Assembly: GCA_004022145.1 (NCBI GenBank)
Contig: RCNU01000008.1
Strand: one strand, 5' to 3'
Length of the DNA stretch: 64,000 bases
Source: Paecilomyces variotii
Taxonomy: Eukaryota
The notes under the pieces were generated by a model, which saw only the letters and a list, made by a program, of their open reading frames with translations, ran no database searches and was not told the origin of the DNA. Of this stretch, positions 31,765 through 45,582 are shown piece after piece (within the stretch, counting starts at the first letter, position 1; every line of letters starts with the position of its first letter). The position numbers and the translations under genes were made by a program.

Positions 31765-34545
31765 TCAAGGCTCTGTCCAATCCACTTGCTCTGTGACCGG
31801 GTTACCTCCATCTTTTGAGTATGTTACACGCAGACGGAGACGAAGCTTTGGTGGGAGCGCCTACAAAGATAACAGTTAGTCAGACATCCTAGGACAGAGT
31901 CTATATGTTGTTTATGACTTACCCCACTAACAGCTGCCACCTTCATTCCCTGCGTTCCCTCCTCTCCTGCATCCAGATCGGGCTTGTTCATAGCGTTAAG
32001 CTGCAGACGCTGGCTCTTGGGCACTGCCGCCTGCAAACCCACACCGGTAAAACGGTCAAAGTTGGATGTGTTTCGGAAACGCGCTAGAATCTGCGCAGCA
32101 CCGCTTGCATTCCGCTGCACTTGCAGAGTGAGGACGAGATCATTCTTGTTAAATGCAGTATGGGCAGGGGGTGCAGACGACGGTGACGGAGTGGGCACTG
32201 GCGATGCAGCAGGAGCCGCTCCAAGACCAGCCAGCAGATCTTGGGAAGCAGAAGTAGATGGAGCAGGGCGGCTGGGCTGCGGTGTTCCGTTGCCACCAAA
32301 AAGATCCATGATCGCACTGGTGTTGGACGCAGGCGCAGGTTGAGGGGCAGGCGATGAGACGGTAGAGTCGCCTCCGAGAATATCAGCCAGCAAATCTGCT
32401 GTGTTCTGGGAGCCATTGATAGCTGTCGGCGTAGAGGGGACGTCGCTGCCACCCATCAAGTCGAGCAGCATATCCTGCTCGGTCTGCTTCGGTGCCTTCT
32501 TTGTCTTGTCTTTGAGGATTCTGCTTTGCCGCTTATTCGTCGGTTGTCCAAGCACTCTCTGCTCTTCGCGGATCTCCGGAGGCGGCATCTTTTCGAGGAC
32601 ACCACGGCGAATCTGATCGTAGCCGAATAGGTTGGTGTATTCGACAGCTCTCTGCTGGATCTCGACGCTGAGATCAGCAGTCCGGCTGCTGAGAAAGCGA
32701 CGTATCCGTTCAATCTGCGCAGGATCCGACATGCGCGTAGAGAGCTTCATGGAAGCTGTGATGATATATTCCGTGACGATTTGAGAGGCGTAGGTGCTGT
32801 TGAGAATGTTCAGGAAGAGGTCGATGATATCACTCTCCTTGACTTCCTTGACCAATTCTTCTTCCTCGTACTGTCCCCCACGGAGCAGATTATCACCATA
32901 TTCACCAATGACCCAGGCTGCCGCTAGAGTGAGACCTTCCTGAGAGATGTCTTCCTTTAGGGAGGCGTATAGCTTCTGCACAGAATAGGTCTGCAGTTCC
33001 GGTGTGGTCGCGATAAGCCGCACAAATGAGGACAGGATCTGCTCCTTCACATAGTTGCCTGCAAGTTTGAGCACCCTAAGCATCGTGTCAACGTGCCAGC
33101 GCTTGTTCGGTGCAAACCGGTCCGCGGCAATTCCAATCTGGGTAGTCATGACGGGCTTGAATTCATTGTCCGCTACCTCCAAGAAAGCAAGCAGTTCTCG
33201 CACCAGGACGCGGATATTACTCTCGTTGATCAAGGTAAAGCTGAGGTCGAGGGCACGGCGGCGAATGCTGATATCCGGGTCCCGCAGACATTCCAAGATA
33301 GTGTTGCGATGTCTCTGGACGGCATTGGGCTCTACCGCCACGACCTTGATGAGGGTGTTAAGAGCGACGTAACGAATGTTGTTGTCTTTGTTCGCAAGGA
33401 ATTTTCCAAGAATATTCACGCCCAAAACTCTCAGGCCCGAGTCTGCCTCGATGTCCAAGATCGTCAACACAGCTTCGTACAGAATGGCATTTCCAACGTT
33501 CTTTGACGACTCCGTGTTCGTTGCCACCTGGGCCAGAATATCGTTGATGAGCTCGCTGGTCGCTACATCGCCCCGGCCCAGGACGCGCAAGAATCGCAAG
33601 ATCTTCACCTGCAGGAACGGGTCTGTAATTCCTGAGACGTCGTGTTCAGGGGCGTATCCAGAAGTCGTCAAGCTCTTCAACGTGCGAACCAACCCGCCAG
33701 CCAGTGGCCGGAACGCTTCAATGACGCCTTCCGGGCCCTCCTCCGACTCCTCAGCTTCACAGAAATCTGTCGCCAGCGTCAGTCCACACAGCAGGACGCC
33801 GTGGTTCCGATCGGAAAGTAGCAACTTGGCTTTCTCCAAGAAGTGCTCCTGTAGATCGGGAACCTTGCGACAGATCCGCATCGCGCAAAGCGCAGCCTTC
33901 CGTCGAATATAGGGATTCGCCGTTGTAAGCAGAGATTCGATTTCGGGGAAAAGATCTCGGGACATCTCGACGGACGCGATATTACCTAGGGTGCAAAGGG
34001 CGAGACCGACGACGTATTGATTGGAGTGGTTCAAGTCGCTGCTCATGTCAATGTACCGCTTCTGGATATTTCCCGTAACACGGAGACTCACTTCTTTAGC
34101 GAATTCGTAACTAATGTCAGGACCTCCTGGTTCTCATCTAAAAGCAACATGGTCCCCAGATAACCCAAGCGCTTGTCTGCAAAGCGCGGAGACGCCAGCA
34201 ACTTCAGACATTCTATTTGACCAAAGTGCGTACGTTCTCCGAGGGTGAATAGATACAGTAGCTTCGCTACATTGTTCCTCCTGCGTTCCTGGTATGAGTC
34301 GCGGCTCCTATCCTGAATCGATAGACAACTAACCGTATGTTTGAATCGTGGCTCTCTTCTCTAAAGGAGGCACGGATGGCCGCACTCTCCTTCTGAACAA
34401 CTGCCCGCTCATCCGCGATCGTCTTTGCGGATCGGACATTGCGAATAAATTGCTTGACTGCACGCGTTGGTCAGCCTGGAGACTGCGGACGGGACACGGT
34501 GTAGAGGATAAGTGGCATTGTGGGGGAGTACGTACGAGAAGTCAT
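31765..34545 (-). CDS. apl4: AP-1 adaptor complex gamma subunit
   Basis: MTSL/KQFIRNVR...KESAAIR, VVGLALCTLGNIAS, YIRRKAALCA, PEHDVSGITDPFLQV, LRDPDISIRRRAL and a C-terminal ear domain (LQAAVPKSQRL); several introns. Confidence 0.95.
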
Positions 34546-35296
34546 TGTGGCTTCGAGCACCCCCGACGGGGTGAGACAACTCTGGGAACGTCACAGGGTA
34601 TTGAAGTCGAAACCAAGATAAATCCAGCAAGACAGTTCCGCACAGCCTGACGTCCTCCCCGATGCCGTGGCGGTTGGATGCTTGTTGATGCACGGAGAGA
34701 TGCTCGCACGATGCTTGTCTTGGCCCGCCTGGCTGGAGCACGGGGTCTGGGTAAGTTACGGGGACACGATACCGTATCAATACAGACCCCGTATCAGGAG
34801 AAATACGTGCTAGTCCATAATGATCTTAGCGTAAGGCGGTGAGCGTTTCGGGTTCCCGTGACATGGTCTTACATAATCTGGACCGCAGAGAGTTGATGAT
34901 TGATGAATCATCAACTAATCATTCCAACTTGCAGCTGTCAACGTCCTCCGCGCGATGCCGTACGGTAGAGCTGAATCGGATGCTTTGGATGTCCTTTCTT
35001 TTGCGGAGGCAACAATCCTGGAACTTCCGTCCTTCCGAGCAGCCGGTATACGGGTCGTTTACCGTCCGACGTGGCTCTTTCAACGGGCATTGCAAGTAGA
35101 TAGCGTCCGGTCGATCGCGCCCCCCGAGTCCGACCTCGAGGGGGCTGACGTAGTTTAAACAAATAACTATCTACCCCCCAACCCAAGGCAGCCCCCAATG
35201 TCGCAGCTTATATCTATCTATTAGCCACTGAACCCTTCCAACTACAGCTGCGCGAAGTCATCGTCTCGACTTCTAAAGAAGAGTTGAACCATCAAA

Positions 35297-37213
35297 ATGT
35301 CGACGTCGGTCGCAAATGGCAGTGCGACTGAAACACTACGGCCGCGTAACAAGGCCTCCAATAAACGGGAGGAGCAACCTCTACCGTCGCCTTTGGAGAA
35401 ACTGGCCACAGAGGAATCTAGGTACGTGATTGAAAGAAACACATGAATTCTCCCCTACTCATCAAGATACCGTCATAGTGGCACTTCAACCCCCGTGCCC
35501 GAAGATGCGCCTCCCTCCGTCCACTCCCTTTCTTCCGCCAGGAAACAGGTGCGAGCACGACGCCGTCTGTTCTATACCATCGACTACGTTCCCCGCGTTT
35601 CGCATTTCGATCCGGAGAGCGATTATCATGACTTCCACGGATTCTTTACTCTCTTCTGGATCGGTCTGTCCATCATGGTCGTGACCACGATGCTGCGAAA
35701 CATCAAAGATACTGGTTACCCACTGCGCGTCCATGTATGGAGTCTATTGACGGAGAACGTATGGCAACTGGCGCTGAGTGATCTGGCTATGGTGACCACG
35801 ACGGGGCTGACATTGCCATTACACCACATGTCGAGGAGAAGTAAAGGATGGCTCCGTTGGTCTCAGGGGGGCATGGTTATCCAGAGCTTGTTCCAATTTG
35901 CCTGGCTCTGTCTTTGGGTGAGGTAAGGACAACTATTTAATGGAGATCGAGGTCGGGTTAAATACTAACTACACCAGCTGGCCTTTTCTGCTCGACTGGG
36001 CCTGGACAGCTCAGGTCTTCTTCACCCTCCACACGTTGGTGCTCCTGATGAAGATGCACTCCTATGCCTTCTATAACGGGCACCTGAGCGAAACGCAGCG
36101 TCGCCTGGCTTCGTTGGATAAGCCCGAATCAGCATCGATGGACGCAGCTGTCCGATATCCGCGCGTATCGCGAGATGGACATGTTCGGTCAGAGTCGCAG
36201 GAACCACCGGCGTCGGTATCCAAGCTCCGGGAAGATCTGGCGACGGAGCTCACTTCGCCCTTGGGAAATGTCACATACCCGCGTAATCTGTCCGTCGGGA
36301 ATTACGTCGACTATCTGTTCTGTCCTACTCTCTGTTATGAGCTGGAGTACCCGAGAACTAACAAAATCCGCTGGTCAGAGGTCTTTTTCAAGACCTTGGC
36401 CGTATTTGGCTGCATTAGCTTGCTCACATTGATCACGGAAGAGTTTATGCTTCCAGTCCTCAGCGAGGCAAGCGTTCAACTGCAAATCCACAGCACTATG
36501 GCCGATAAAGCGTTGATCCTCGCCGAAACTATCAGTATGCTCCTGTTTCCGTTCATGCTAGCCTTCCTCTTGGTGTTTCTGGTCATCTTCGAGTATGTGC
36601 TGGGCGCCTTCGCGGAGATCACCCGTTTCGCAGACCGTCGCTTCTATTCTGACTGGTGGAACTCCTGTGATTGGTGAGACTTCTCCTTTGCCCTATCATC
36701 AATTGGAGCAATGCTAATTCTGTTGGCCAGGCTCGAGTTCTCTCGTGAGTGGAACATCCCAGTCCACCACTTCCTCCGACGCCATGTGTACTTTTCCTCA
36801 AAGACACACTTCTCAAGCTCTGTCTCCATGTTCATTACCTTCTTAGTCAGCTCCATCGCGCATGAACTGGTCATGGCTTGTATCACCAAGAAGCTGCGTG
36901 GCTATGGATTCCTCACCATGATGCTACAACTACCCATCATAGCTATTCAGAGGTCCAAGTTCATCAGGGGCCGGCGCGTCCTCAATGTAAGCTTGCCTTC
37001 TGTCACCCCCTACACTGACGAACCGAGTTACTAACCACTTTAATCAATAGAACGTCTGCTTCTGGTCCTGCATGATCATTGGGCTTTCGATGGTAAGTGC
37101 ATAGATCAATCCCCTTGGCACTTCTTAACCCTACAAGTTTCCACCAAGAGACTCGATCGAACAACAACTTATAATCTCTCTTCCAGATGTGCGCCCTCTA
37201 TGTCCTTGTCTGA
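35297..37213 (+). CDS. Sterol O-acyltransferase (MBOAT, Are1/Are2-like)
   Basis: MKMHSY, CPTLCYELEYPR, AEITRFADRRFYSDWWNS, EWNIPVHHFLRRHVY, SSIAHE; multi-exon. Confidence 0.93.
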
Positions 37214-38282
37214 ATCAAAAGACATCGGCAACCAGTCGAAATCTCACCATCTACATCTTATTCCCTGTACAATAGTTGCCCCCTACACTGTCGGTTAGTA
37301 TACCCGCATTACTCACGGTCGTACTTTGTTTCCGGAAAAAGCACAACCATCAACAACAACAATAATAGAACACACGGAAAAGGGCAGCACGGACAGGTCT
37401 TTTTCTTTCAAGAGATACCCACAAATACCTTTTTAAAAACCTATTACGCTTTCCCTAGCATTGACTTTAGGGTCCGGAGTCTAATTCATTGAGGAAGGGT
37501 TCTCCATATCCCATATCCACATCTCATCGTTTCGCTTCTATTCGATTCACTTCAACCAACTGTATTAAATACTGACCTTCCTTTTTTCCTTTCCCCCGAG
37601 CTTTCGATTTTGGCTTGTTTTGGTTATATTCGTGCAATTCAGTCTCTGTATCGATAATACTTAATTGTCTTCTTTCATGCCCTTGGACGAGCTTTTTTCG
37701 GCCAATGCTTGGCTAGAATGGATCATCGCATGTTTAGACGTTGTGTCCGCTAGGTCTTGAGTGCAGTAGAAATTCAATTGATGTATATAAGATCAAATAT
37801 TCTCTTCATTCATGATCTGTAGGCTATGTAGCAATGACTATATGTCGACGAGATAGTGGCAGATGGATGATAAACAAACAAGATGTAGTCAATGAACGAG
37901 ATGCGAGAGCATGAAACAATCGCTTTACCCGAACGCCAATCCTATGATGAAATGCGCAAAACGAAAAGTCTTCAAGTCACTTGAGCCCAAAGCGCCAGTC
38001 TAGAAAGTTCGGGAATAGGGCGGTCAACCCATTTCTGAGAAATCCAGTATTGAAACTCTTAACGGTTAGGTAGAAATACGACCTTTGGGATCATCTGGCA
38101 TGATGCTGTCTTGGGTGACTAGCGGAGTAGTCAATTTGGTCCTCTTGAGTATATATATCGGTCAACATCTGTGACATAGGCTCCCCAAAGAGTCGTTGAA
38201 GTCTTGCCGTAATGTATTCGTAGACTCAGAGTCACAAGGCAGGAGCACAGCTCCTGTAATATCCACTAAAATATGGCAGGGT

Positions 38283-39801
38283 TTAAATGTGCTCGATAGG
38301 CTCCTCGGGGAGCAATTCTTCCCTTTCTCTCCGGCTTCTGGGTATGCAGGCCTTCAGTGGCGGTCTCACAATGTCATTGAAGACAAAGGTGCCATAGACT
38401 AGCATGGCGAAACCAGCAACTTGAAGCCACTTGAACGTCTCCCATCCCAGACCAAGAGAGACCAGCCAGATAAACAGGGTACGACAAGTGTCGATGGTGC
38501 TGCGAGACGTAGCGGACACGGTTCGAGTAACGGAGAGACCAAAATAGTTGAAACCGCTGCAAAATAGATTGTCAGATTCAGGATGCAACTGGGAACTGGA
38601 AACGGTGGGAGACACATACCCGATACTAACCATGATGAGCACACTGGATACTGCGACAGCTCGATTGGTGGTGATTTCATGCCAGCCTTCCTTGAGATCA
38701 AAGTAGCCGTACCTGCCGGCTTCTGTCCGTCCGATGGCCAGGTGCAAGATGACCATACCCACAGCAGTGACAATAAACCCAAAGATACCTTCCCAGCCAA
38801 CAACCTTCAACGGTTCCAAAGCATAGTGCTCCAAAATCCACTCCTCGAGAACGAACTGGGTCGCAGTGAAAATCTGAGCGCCAGCGATCAAGAGCACGCC
38901 AATGATGGTGCGCACAGCCTCTGGTGTCCTGGCTGTGGCATGAACATCTTCCACTGCCCTCGAAACGACAGCCATGGCATTTCCTACCACATCATCAGAA
39001 GCCTCACCGCTATCGCTGAAGAGGGCACCAGCGAGACCAACGAGGCCTACACCAACAACCACGATCACCAGGGACAGCCACTGGTAGAGGTACAATTTCC
39101 TGCGAAGAAACAGGACGCTGAAGAGCCCGACAAAAAGGACGAGTGCTCCACGGGTCATCTGGTAGATGCTTGCCGCCACGAAGAGCAGGCCCACGTTCAT
39201 CAGTGTCGTTCCAGCGATGTCGCAGCACGCCGGCGCAGCCAGCAGAATAGTCTTCCATCCTTCAAGCCTTATTCGCGTTTCATCATTGGGAACAAGCGGC
39301 TTGTTGATGGGGTTTGGTCCACCTGGTCCTCCCAGGGTGCGGTCTTCGTCGTCGTCATCGGCAGCATCAACATTGTTGACCGGCTGATAACCGCCGGCTA
39401 GAAGAGGTGCAGTGTCGGCTGATCGGCGAGTAGTGTATCGAGAATATATCCAGGAGAGGAATACGACGAGCCAGGAGCCCATTTCTCCAATAAACATCTG
39501 GGCACTGTATTGAGGGCTCGGTCATTAACGTAGCTCAGGGTTCAAACAGACTGGAGCAGACGGGAGAAGCTTACGTCTGGATCACCGGCTGTTCGAATAA
39601 TTTCCGCTCTTTCGGGTCAGGAGAATGACAATTCCTGACACATTGCATGTCCTGAGATATCAACGTTAGCACTTTCTCCGCGTCTGACATCGGAGCAGCG
39701 GATTATCCCCAACGGACCTGGTACTTGCTCAGAAGAGTATTGCAGACGCCGGTCAGAAGCATCATCCCGACAAGGAACGGGATGAGTGCCTTGGGGGCCA
39801 T
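38283..39801 (-). CDS. SLC35F6/EamA-like drug-metabolite or nucleotide-sugar transporter
   Basis: PACCDIAGTTLMNVGL, ASIYQMTRG, TATQFVLEE, VGWEGIFG, SATSRSTIDTCRT; multiple TM segments; introns. Confidence 0.88.
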
Positions 39802-40725
39802 TTTGACTGCCGTTGCACTCAGCGTCGTAAAGAGGATACAATGGATGGCAAAGAGCTTCTTGGAGCTGGGAGCTCCTGTCGTCGAAGTGGAGCTTCGGAA
39901 GGTAGCAACTCCAGTGAGTTTGGAAGCCCTGTGCAGGAACGGTGTTATCTTAGTATAAGGATCTCCTTATCTGCTGTCCATCCTACCTGGCTGCGATACC
40001 AGGATACAGTTCCAACGACAAGAGATGAACCCTAGATGAGAGATGACGGGTTGCGGTGATGATACAGAAGGCCCATGGGTCTGGAGTCACGCGTCCGCCT
40101 TATCGGCTGATCGGCGGGTCTTGGCACTTTCATCGGAGATAGTCTTAAGTTATCCGTGTTATCCCGTAGCGTGATGGTACAGTACTACAAATGATAGTTA
40201 TGGGCCTTCGTTTTCATTTCTAGAAGTGCATCAACATAAGGTTGTACGTTGTTCCTATCTATAGTGGATCGAACGAGAAAATGAATACTGTTCCAGGCGC
40301 GCATAAATGGCATACTCTACGCCAACTCTCCATAATAACTGGCATAGAACGACATTGCAAGAAGACATAGCGATCAAGAACCTCAAAAAGTGTACAAAGT
40401 ATCCTTGGTATCATCGTAACCCGCAGGCATAAAATATTGGAACAAGAAAAGACAAAAGAAGAAGAAAAGAAGCCAAGATCATTCTCCCCATCTCCAATGC
40501 CCCTCAAAAGGTCAGCATCAAACTTTTCTGTCCCGCAAAACGCCCTCGCTCGATCAAGAGAAAAGTAAGACAAGGGAACACAATCCTGATGGAACAAACA
40601 TAGTCCTGGCCCAGAAGGTCTTGTAGTGTACAATCAGCATCTGTCCTCACGCCACAGAACGAAAAAGAGGCCACATAATCAAAAGCGCCACCGAGGTTGC
40701 TCTCCCTCAGATGGTAGGTGAGAGA

Positions 40726-43700
40726 TTAGATGGCATAGAGATCAATCGGTCCGCTATCAAAACTGAGCTCTGCGTCTTTATGATCGATAGTGTCCCAGTT
40801 GAGATCTTCCCATCGGTCATTCATCAACAGATCAAGTTCACCCTCAACGTGGCTAGGAAGATTTACCCAGTCAGCGGGAATCCAATTGTCGTCGCTCACA
40901 CCACTGATCTTAACGTCAACATCTTTGGATGGTTCAGCATCCTTAGGCGTCTGAGTAACCGCGCCCGTCTCAACCGAGTCCGGTGTGTCTTCCGCCGTGT
41001 TCTTGCTGAAAGCTTCTGAGTTGAGGAACTCCTCAAGTGGGTCAAAGCCCAACCCATGCAAGCTATCATCCCCAAAGTCCATGAATGTGTCATGGATAGC
41101 CTCAAGCGAGATCGTGCTATCCGCCCACGGGTCCTTGGTTGCCGCATCCTCAGCGGACGAAATCTGCACCGAAGTCTTGCCGCCCTCTTTCCTCTCTTCT
41201 TTGCCTCCAGTAGGTCTGCCAGCAGGCGGTTTACCGGATACGGTTCTTGGGGTTTGCAACTGATTGGATGCCGGGGATGTCGACTTGGGACCAACTTGGC
41301 TGGGTACACGGCCCATAGGGGTAGCCCCGACGGTTGCTGGGGTTGCCCCATCACCCTTGATATCCTGCTTCAGGCCAACAATACCCGGCTTACTAACAAC
41401 GCGCTGCATATCCGGTGCCGCAGCTGAGACCTTCGATTCCTGCACTGCTGGTTTTTCTTTGTCTTGGGCAAGAACCGTACGAAAGCTCTCCAGCGCAAAC
41501 TCCAAGGGATCGCCGATTTGCTCAACTTTGTGGCTTTCCTCGACATGCTTATCCAGTGCGGCTTGCGTCACAAAGCCCTTTTGGTGGTGCTCACATTCAA
41601 GCTCAGCACACTTGAATGGACCAACCAAACCAGCTGTGGCCTTGTTGACGTCGACAGGCGTTTGCTTGGCACCTTGCGCCTTCGATGCAGCAGTGGCGGC
41701 TGCTTGGCCCTGAGCTGGGGTACCAGGAGTTGTGCCATGGGACTGCTTTCTCTTCTTTGTCGGAGGCAGTTTCAGCTTGTCTGGGGTCAACCCTCCTGGG
41801 CCGTAGGCCTGAGGAACACCTTGAGGCGAAGGGGCACCCAAAGCAAAGGGAGCTTGTGGAGCTGTGGGTGCCGGAGGAACGCTCTGAATCGAAGCACGTC
41901 GGGCGCGTTGCAGGGCTTCTTCTTGTTGCTGAAGTTGCTGCAGATTGCTAGCGTTCAGCTTTGCCTGGGTGGCCGGCTGACCAGCAGAAGTAGTGGCAGC
42001 CGCCTGCTGTGCAGCTCGTTGAGCGGCAGGTTGGCTTTGCACCTTACTGATCATGGCAGTGAACAGCTTCTTGATGTAGGTGATCGTTTGCGCCAGAGAT
42101 TCAGGTGGTATGGTGAACTGGTCATTGATCGTCCAGTCTGGATCTTTGAATTGCCTCATGAGTTGAATGCGCTGTAGCTGTCATTAGCAGGGATGGCATC
42201 ATACGAAAAAAAAAGCAGTGAGATTTTACTTACCATACCAAGGAGACTCCGGACACTCTTCTCCTGTCCCGGAATCTTTGCGAACCATTGCACCAACGTA
42301 TCCATCCTACCTAACATATCTGTGCACTCTCTGAGTTGCTGGGCCATGACAGCCTTCTGCTCAGGAGGTATTTTCACAGGCTTGGGAGGGGGCGCATTTT
42401 TAGAAATCTCAGCATACAGAAGTCTAAGCTTTTCAGGAATATGGCCCCACGCCTCTTCCGCTGCAGCCTTTGTTATCGGGGCTCTGGTCTGTCTGCGCAT
42501 GTGAGCTTCCAATTGCTCACGCTGCTGCGGGGTCATAGCAGCCAACTGTTCACGGGTGAAATTAGGGCGCGCTGTGACCGCGGGGGCTTGGGAGGCAGGT
42601 GGTTGGGATACTGGCTGAACCTTAGGAGGTGGGACCTCTGTCACCTCATCACTAGGCCTCTTCTTGGAAGCCGCCTTCGCCGGTGACGCCTTTACATTCT
42701 TTGCTGCCGCAGTGGCCTGGCTCTTAGCATTTGCTTGCGGCGTCTGTTGCGGGACCGGTTGCTGTTGTTTCATGAGTGGTGTTGTCTGAGGAGCCGGCGC
42801 TGGTTGCTGTTGAGGTTGTTGCGCTGGTTGACCTTGGTTCAGTGCTGCCTGCTGCGCAAATGCTTGGGCTGCTGCAGATTTCTGAGCTTGCATTATCTGT
42901 TTCTGACGATTCCGATGCAGCAGTTCCCTTAGCTGTTCATCTGTGTAGTTCTGTGCCTGAGCACCTAGTCTCTGTCGGGCTATATGTATGTCATTTGCTG
43001 TAATTGGACGCATCGCTGCTGCCATATTGAACGGCGGATGTTGATGCTGGCCAGGCTGGAAGTTCTGCGGTGCCATGAATGGCTGCTGGTGCCCTGGGAA
43101 GTTCGTCATGGGCAGCCCATGGTTTTGACCGCCCTGCTCCGGGTTACGATTCGCATCCCTCCCCTGGGTCAGAGTCTGCGCAAGGTGAAGTCGTTGAAGA
43201 GTGAGCAACTTTGGAAGGTCTACACCCCCAAGAAGGTGGGGGTTCTGAGCTGCCCATTGTTTAAGCTGGCCCCACGTTTTAACAGTCTTTGGCACAGGTG
43301 AATTCATATTGTTTGAATTGAGGATCGACGGCGGGAAAGGCCAACGATCCATTTCCCTGACTTGTTCAGGAGTCATGTCTAGACCGCCATTCTGCGAGCG
43401 GAAGAATTGCAATTTCTGAAGATCGTTCTGTTGCTGTCGTTGCTGCAATGACATCTGCTGGCCTGGTAGCATCTGGTTCTGTGGTTGTGCACCACCCATC
43501 CCAGAAATCTGTTGCTGCAGGCCCATCGTTGCGCGCATGTTTGGGTCGTTAGACAGCTGACCGTTCGGCATTTGCGGAGTCTGGCCTGTGTGAGAAAGGT
43601 TCGGCTGCATCGACATAGACTGTTGAGCGGCATTTGCTCTTGCCATGACTTGATTGCGACGATTCATCAGAAAGGCGTTGATCTGCTCAGGCGTCATCTG

Positions 43701-45582
43701 AGACAATTGTTCCTGCACCGCAGGAGGCAAGCCGGGAGGTATCTGGCCTCGATTTTGCATAGCAGGCTGGCTAGGGATTGACTGGACGCCCGGAGGCTGT
43801 TGGCCCATACCAGGAGCTCGGGACTGTGGTCGAGGTTGAGCACCGACCTGGACCGGTGACATCTGCGGGCCCAGTGGTCGGTTCAGCATCGGCATGGCTG
43901 GACTGGGTTGGGCCATCGTCTGGGGAATTTGGGGATTGACCTGACCACCTTGCGACATGGCCATCTGCGCCTTTTGGGCGGCTTGGGCGCGAGCATGCGC
44001 TTGCGCTTGGGACTGAGCCTGCGACTGCGCCTGAAACTGTGCTGCTTGCTGGATCCGCTCCTGCTGCACATTATGGGAATTCTGGAGATGCTGCTGCTGG
44101 GCCAAGAAGTGAGGGTTCATGGATCGGTTGGCATTCGGCTGGCCATTCTGTCCGAGCTGTTGACCGCTTGGAAACATCCCCTGAGGCCCAGCAAATTGCT
44201 GTGGATTCATCTGAGAAGAGCTGGCAGGTACAACCAGCTGACCCGCTTCCTGCGAACGAAGACCGTCTGCCTGCTGTCCTTGGATGTTTTCGACGTTGCC
44301 GATAAATGATGTAGGATCAAGGTTTTGTTGAGCATTCATGGGAATCGCCGAATTTCGCTGAAGGCCAATCATATTTTGGACCATCTGTCGCTGTTGTGGG
44401 TTCATCATCGGGTCCTCCATCATTCCGCCACTGGGGTCAACACCTCCGTTTTGTGCGCGAGCCATCTCCATGCGATTCCGCTTATGTCTCCTCAGCTCCC
44501 TTAGAGCTTGTGAACGGAAGAAGTACGTCATCGGTTCGATATTCTTCCTTGCAAGATATTGTCTCTGCTCCTGGGTCATGTTCTGCAGGTTCATCTTGAT
44601 CTTCTCCATATCCTCAGGCGAGGTCTTCAGTAGCATTTGGTTGGCTAACCGACAGACCTGCTCAAACTCTTGAGGAGACAGCATGTTGAGATCATCGCGT
44701 AGTGGCACACCAGTGCCTTGTCGCTGCTGGGCCTGTTGCTGCTGCATGAATGCTTGCTGTGACTGCTGTTGTCGTTGTTGTTGTTGTTGTTGCTGCTGCT
44801 GTTGCTGTTGCATTGCGGCTTGTTGATTCGGGTCATTCATCCCCATCGCCATCTGCTGTTGGACTTGCATCGGTGACGCCTGCATCGGCCGGTTGATCTG
44901 TGGAGCGAAACCCGGCTGCATGAGGTTCTGACGAACACCGGCCATACCTGGACCGGCTCCTGCTTGTTGCATCATTCCGCCCTGCATCACTGCGGCCTGT
45001 CGTGCCCTAGTATCTCGGATGTGAACCAGTTTATCTGTACATTCCTTCTCGTAGTCAACCTGTTGCGCAAAGATATTAGAACTTCCAAGAGCGGGTCGCA
45101 CGGTTCTATGTCTTCTTGGGGCATTACCTTCTCCCTCGCATCCCTAAACGCTTTCTCCTCAAAGCTCAGGGCTGCCTGGACGGCACTCTGCAGCTCGATC
45201 CGGGGTTGAATCAGACGGAGGGACGATATCCTTGCGACAAAAATCAGTGATAAAGTACAAGCAAAAAGTAGCGAGAGAGAAAGTTGGGGAGTGCGCGGCA
45301 AGATCAAAGATGCGAGACACGGTCGTGGAACGGGTTGGAACCTGTCGCAACCCAAGGTCGCGCAAGAAAGTTAACTCACATTTGGTAGACCTTCATCGCC
45401 CGCTCCTGGATGGGCACCTCCGCCCGCCATCCTGCAAACGGGCCCTGCGACTGCAACGCTTGGGCGACATATCTCAAGATCACCTGCGCATTTTCGTTTT
45501 TCTGGGGAACTTGCACGGGGCCTGGCGGCTTGCCCGCGCCGGGCATGCCTCCGCCGACATTGGAAAAGCTTGCGGGATTCAT
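40726..45582 (-). CDS. med15: Mediator subunit Med15/Gal11-like, Q-rich coactivator
   Basis: N-terminal KIX-like segment (GWRAEVPIQERA...ALSFEEKAFRDA...YEKEC), a long Q/M/P-rich region, VKTWGQLKQWA and a C-terminal C2H2-like motif; ORFs 42156-45101 and 40726-42159 are joined by an intron near 42235. Confidence 0.8.

Noticed and set aside
44720-44830. CAA/CAG trinucleotide repeats
   Set aside because: Ordinary poly-Q of Med15.
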